This document shows, piece by piece, positions 62,222 to 64,000 of a DNA stretch of 64,000 nucleotides; within the stretch, counting starts at the first letter, position 1; every line of letters begins with the position of its first letter. The notes beneath the pieces were generated by a model. That model saw only the letters and a list, made by a program, of their open reading frames with translations. It was not told the DNA's origin and made no database searches. The DNA comes from an uncultured Gemmatimonadaceae bacterium (lineage in GTDB: Bacteria; Gemmatimonadota; Gemmatimonadetes; Gemmatimonadales; Gemmatimonadaceae): the NCBI GenBank assembly GCA_963751275.1, contig CAVVTZ010000007.1, forward strand, positions 160,001 to 224,000, read 5' to 3'. Made by a program: the position numbers and the translations under genes.

Positions 62222-63025
62222 GTGCGAATATCCGGTCTGATCCTTATCGGTTGCATCATCCCGTTGGCGTCCTGCGAGCGCGCGCCGATCGATTGGCTCG
62301 AGCCACAGCGGCTCGACTCGGCGTCGGTCGCGGCGGCGGGGCCGGGGTGGGTGCTGGTGGTGGATGCGCGGGGCGCGGCGCGCGCCGTGCGGCCGGTTGC
62401 GCCGGAAATGGCCGCGGCCGCGGGCGTCTGTCCGGGCTCGACCGTCGCGGCGCATGTCCGCGGCGGCGAATGGTACGCGGGATGGTTCACGGCGCGCGCG
62501 GACAGCAGCGTCGTGCTGATGGTGTCGCGTTCGACGGACGGCGGCGCCAAGTGGACGAAGGCCGTCGCCGCCGATGCGCGCGATGCGGGCCGCCGTGGGT
62601 GCGCGCGGCCGGCGCCGGCCATCGCCGGTGACTCCGCCACGGGGTTCGTGCACCTCGCGTATTTCCTCGAGCCGCCCGACGGCGCGGGCGTCTGGTTCGT
62701 GCATTCCATGGAGCACGGCCTGGTCTGGCATCCGCCGGTGGCGATCGCGTACGGCGCGGACCCTGCGGCGGCGAGCGTCGCCTCGCTCGGCGACACGGTC
62801 GCGATCGCCTATCAGGCGCCGAACGCGGGCGACGGCTGGATCGGTCTCGCGCTCTCGAGCACCGACGGTCATATCATTGACGACATGCTGCCGGCGGTGT
62901 CAGGGCGCACCGTGCCGGCGGCGGCGCCGCGCGTCGCGATGCGTGGCGCGCGGATCGCGGTGGGGTGGGTGTCGGTGCGGGGTGGGATGCCGATGGTCCG
63001 GACCGGAACGCGGAGCACACCATGA
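62222..63025 (+). CDS. Lipoprotein with BNR/Asp-box (sialidase-like) repeats
   Basis: Lipobox LASC, SRSTDGGAKW, SSTDG. Stop overlaps the nfo start. Confidence 0.7.
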   Translation: MRISGLILIGCIIPLASCERAPIDWLEPQRLDSASVAAAGPGWVLVVDARGAARAVRPVAPEMAAAAGVCPGSTVAAHVRGGEWYAGWFTARADSSVVLMVSRSTDGGAKWTKAVAADARDAGRRGCARPAPAIAGDSATGFVHLAYFLEPPDGAGVWFVHSMEHGLVWHPPVAIAYGADPAAASVASLGDTVAIAYQAPNAGDGWIGLALSSTDGHIIDDMLPAVSGRTVPAAAPRVAMRGARIAVGWVSVRGGMPMVRTGTRSTP

Positions 63026-63912
63026 AGCATTTCCTGGGCGCGCACACGATCGACAATGGTGGCATCGATCAGGCCGCGCGCCGCGCCGGCGCCGGCGGGA
63101 TGACCGCCATGCAGCTCTTCACCGCGATCCCGAAGTTCTACGGCGACAAGTCATCGATCAAGCCCGAGCGCGTGGCGAAGTTCCATGCGGCGCTCCACGA
63201 GACGGGGATCGCGCCGAAGCACGTCGTCGCGCACGCGGCCTACGTGCTCAATACGGCCACGCACGAGGACGACAAATGGATCCGCGCGAGCGCGGGCCTC
63301 ACGAAGGAACTCGAGCGCTCCACGGCGTTGGGCATCGGCGCAGTGTGCTTCCATCCGGGCGCCGCGAAGGATGGCGACCGCGACGCCGCCGTCGAACGCG
63401 TCGCGCGCGCGATCATCGCGGCGCTCGAGTCCGTCGAGGGCGGCACGCGCCTCCTCGTGGAGAACACCGCCGGCGCCGGCGCGACGATCGGCAAGACGCC
63501 CGAGGAGGTGGGCGGCATCCTGCAAGCCGTACCCAAGAAGCTCCGCGCGCGCACCGGCTACGGACTCGACACCTGCCACCTGTTCGCCGCCGGCCACGAC
63601 ATCGCGTCCTCCCGCTTCTCGCTCACGGAAGTGCTCGATGCCTTCCAGGAAGCCACCGGCGAGGCGCCCGGATTCTTCCATCTCAACGACAGCAACGGCG
63701 CGCTCGGCTCCAACCTCGACCGCCACGCGCTCATTGGCGAGGGCAAGATCGGCGCCGATCCCTTCGGCTGGCTCCTCGAGGACGCCCGCTCGCACCAGGT
63801 GCCGATGATCCTCGAGACGCCGCAGGAGCACCCGGACATCGCTGACGACAATGTCTCGCCCGATCCGTACGACGTGAAGATGATGAAGCTGCTCCGTTCA
63901 ATGGAGCGCTGA
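63022..63912 (+). CDS. nfo: Endonuclease IV (AP endonuclease family 2)
   Basis: GAH, HAAYVLN, FHPG, ENTAG, DTCH, HLNDS, DRH, ILETP. Confidence 0.95.
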   Translation: MKHFLGAHTIDNGGIDQAARRAGAGGMTAMQLFTAIPKFYGDKSSIKPERVAKFHAALHETGIAPKHVVAHAAYVLNTATHEDDKWIRASAGLTKELERSTALGIGAVCFHPGAAKDGDRDAAVERVARAIIAALESVEGGTRLLVENTAGAGATIGKTPEEVGGILQAVPKKLRARTGYGLDTCHLFAAGHDIASSRFSLTEVLDAFQEATGEAPGFFHLNDSNGALGSNLDRHALIGEGKIGADPFGWLLEDARSHQVPMILETPQEHPDIADDNVSPDPYDVKMMKLLRSMER

Positions 63913-63941
63913 CCGTTCCCCCCGCCGGAGTCCAACGCCTG

Positions 63942-64000
63942 ATGTTCACTCGCACTCGCGCCGCGATCGCGGCGATTCTCTTCGCGCTCGCCGCGCCCGC
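63942..64000 (+). CDS. 5' fragment of a secreted protein (signal peptide), truncated by the window edge
   Basis: MFTRTRAAIAAILFALAAP after GGAG. Confidence 0.5.
   Translation, partial: MFTRTRAAIAAILFALAAP

Overview
GC-rich (~70% by eye) bacterial chromosomal window. Gene content and style suggest Gemmatimonadota (inference only): futalosine-pathway mqnD, many signal-peptide peptidases and an Omp85-like barrel. About 57 protein-coding genes are supported. They include a USP/two-component/desaturase/YggX/GH3 cluster, an NrtR-like regulator, cspA, an S41-PD40-SPFH-YhaM operon, an orphan plasmid-type RepA initiator among DNA-binding genes, a GAF kinase/HD-GYP/RND efflux block, convergent type I and type III glutamine synthetases, ettA, an ABC exporter, mscL, a GGDEF protein, pruA and nfo. 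I recognised no rRNA, tRNA, CRISPR array, transposase or integrase. At least 11 conserved genes carry small indels, mostly +1, which most likely reflect long-read assembly error. The most unusual signals are: (i) four long intergenic palindromic elements built from 7-nt or 9-nt periodic units; (ii) a RepA-family initiator near a MerR-HTH gene, a small basic protein and an acidic/H1-like polyampholyte; (iii) an apparently ATPase-dead histidine kinase paired with a FixL-like PAS kinase; (iv) a four-cysteine YggX; and (v) a perfect DnaA box in an NlpC/P60 promoter. All calls come from reading the sequence; no searches were run.
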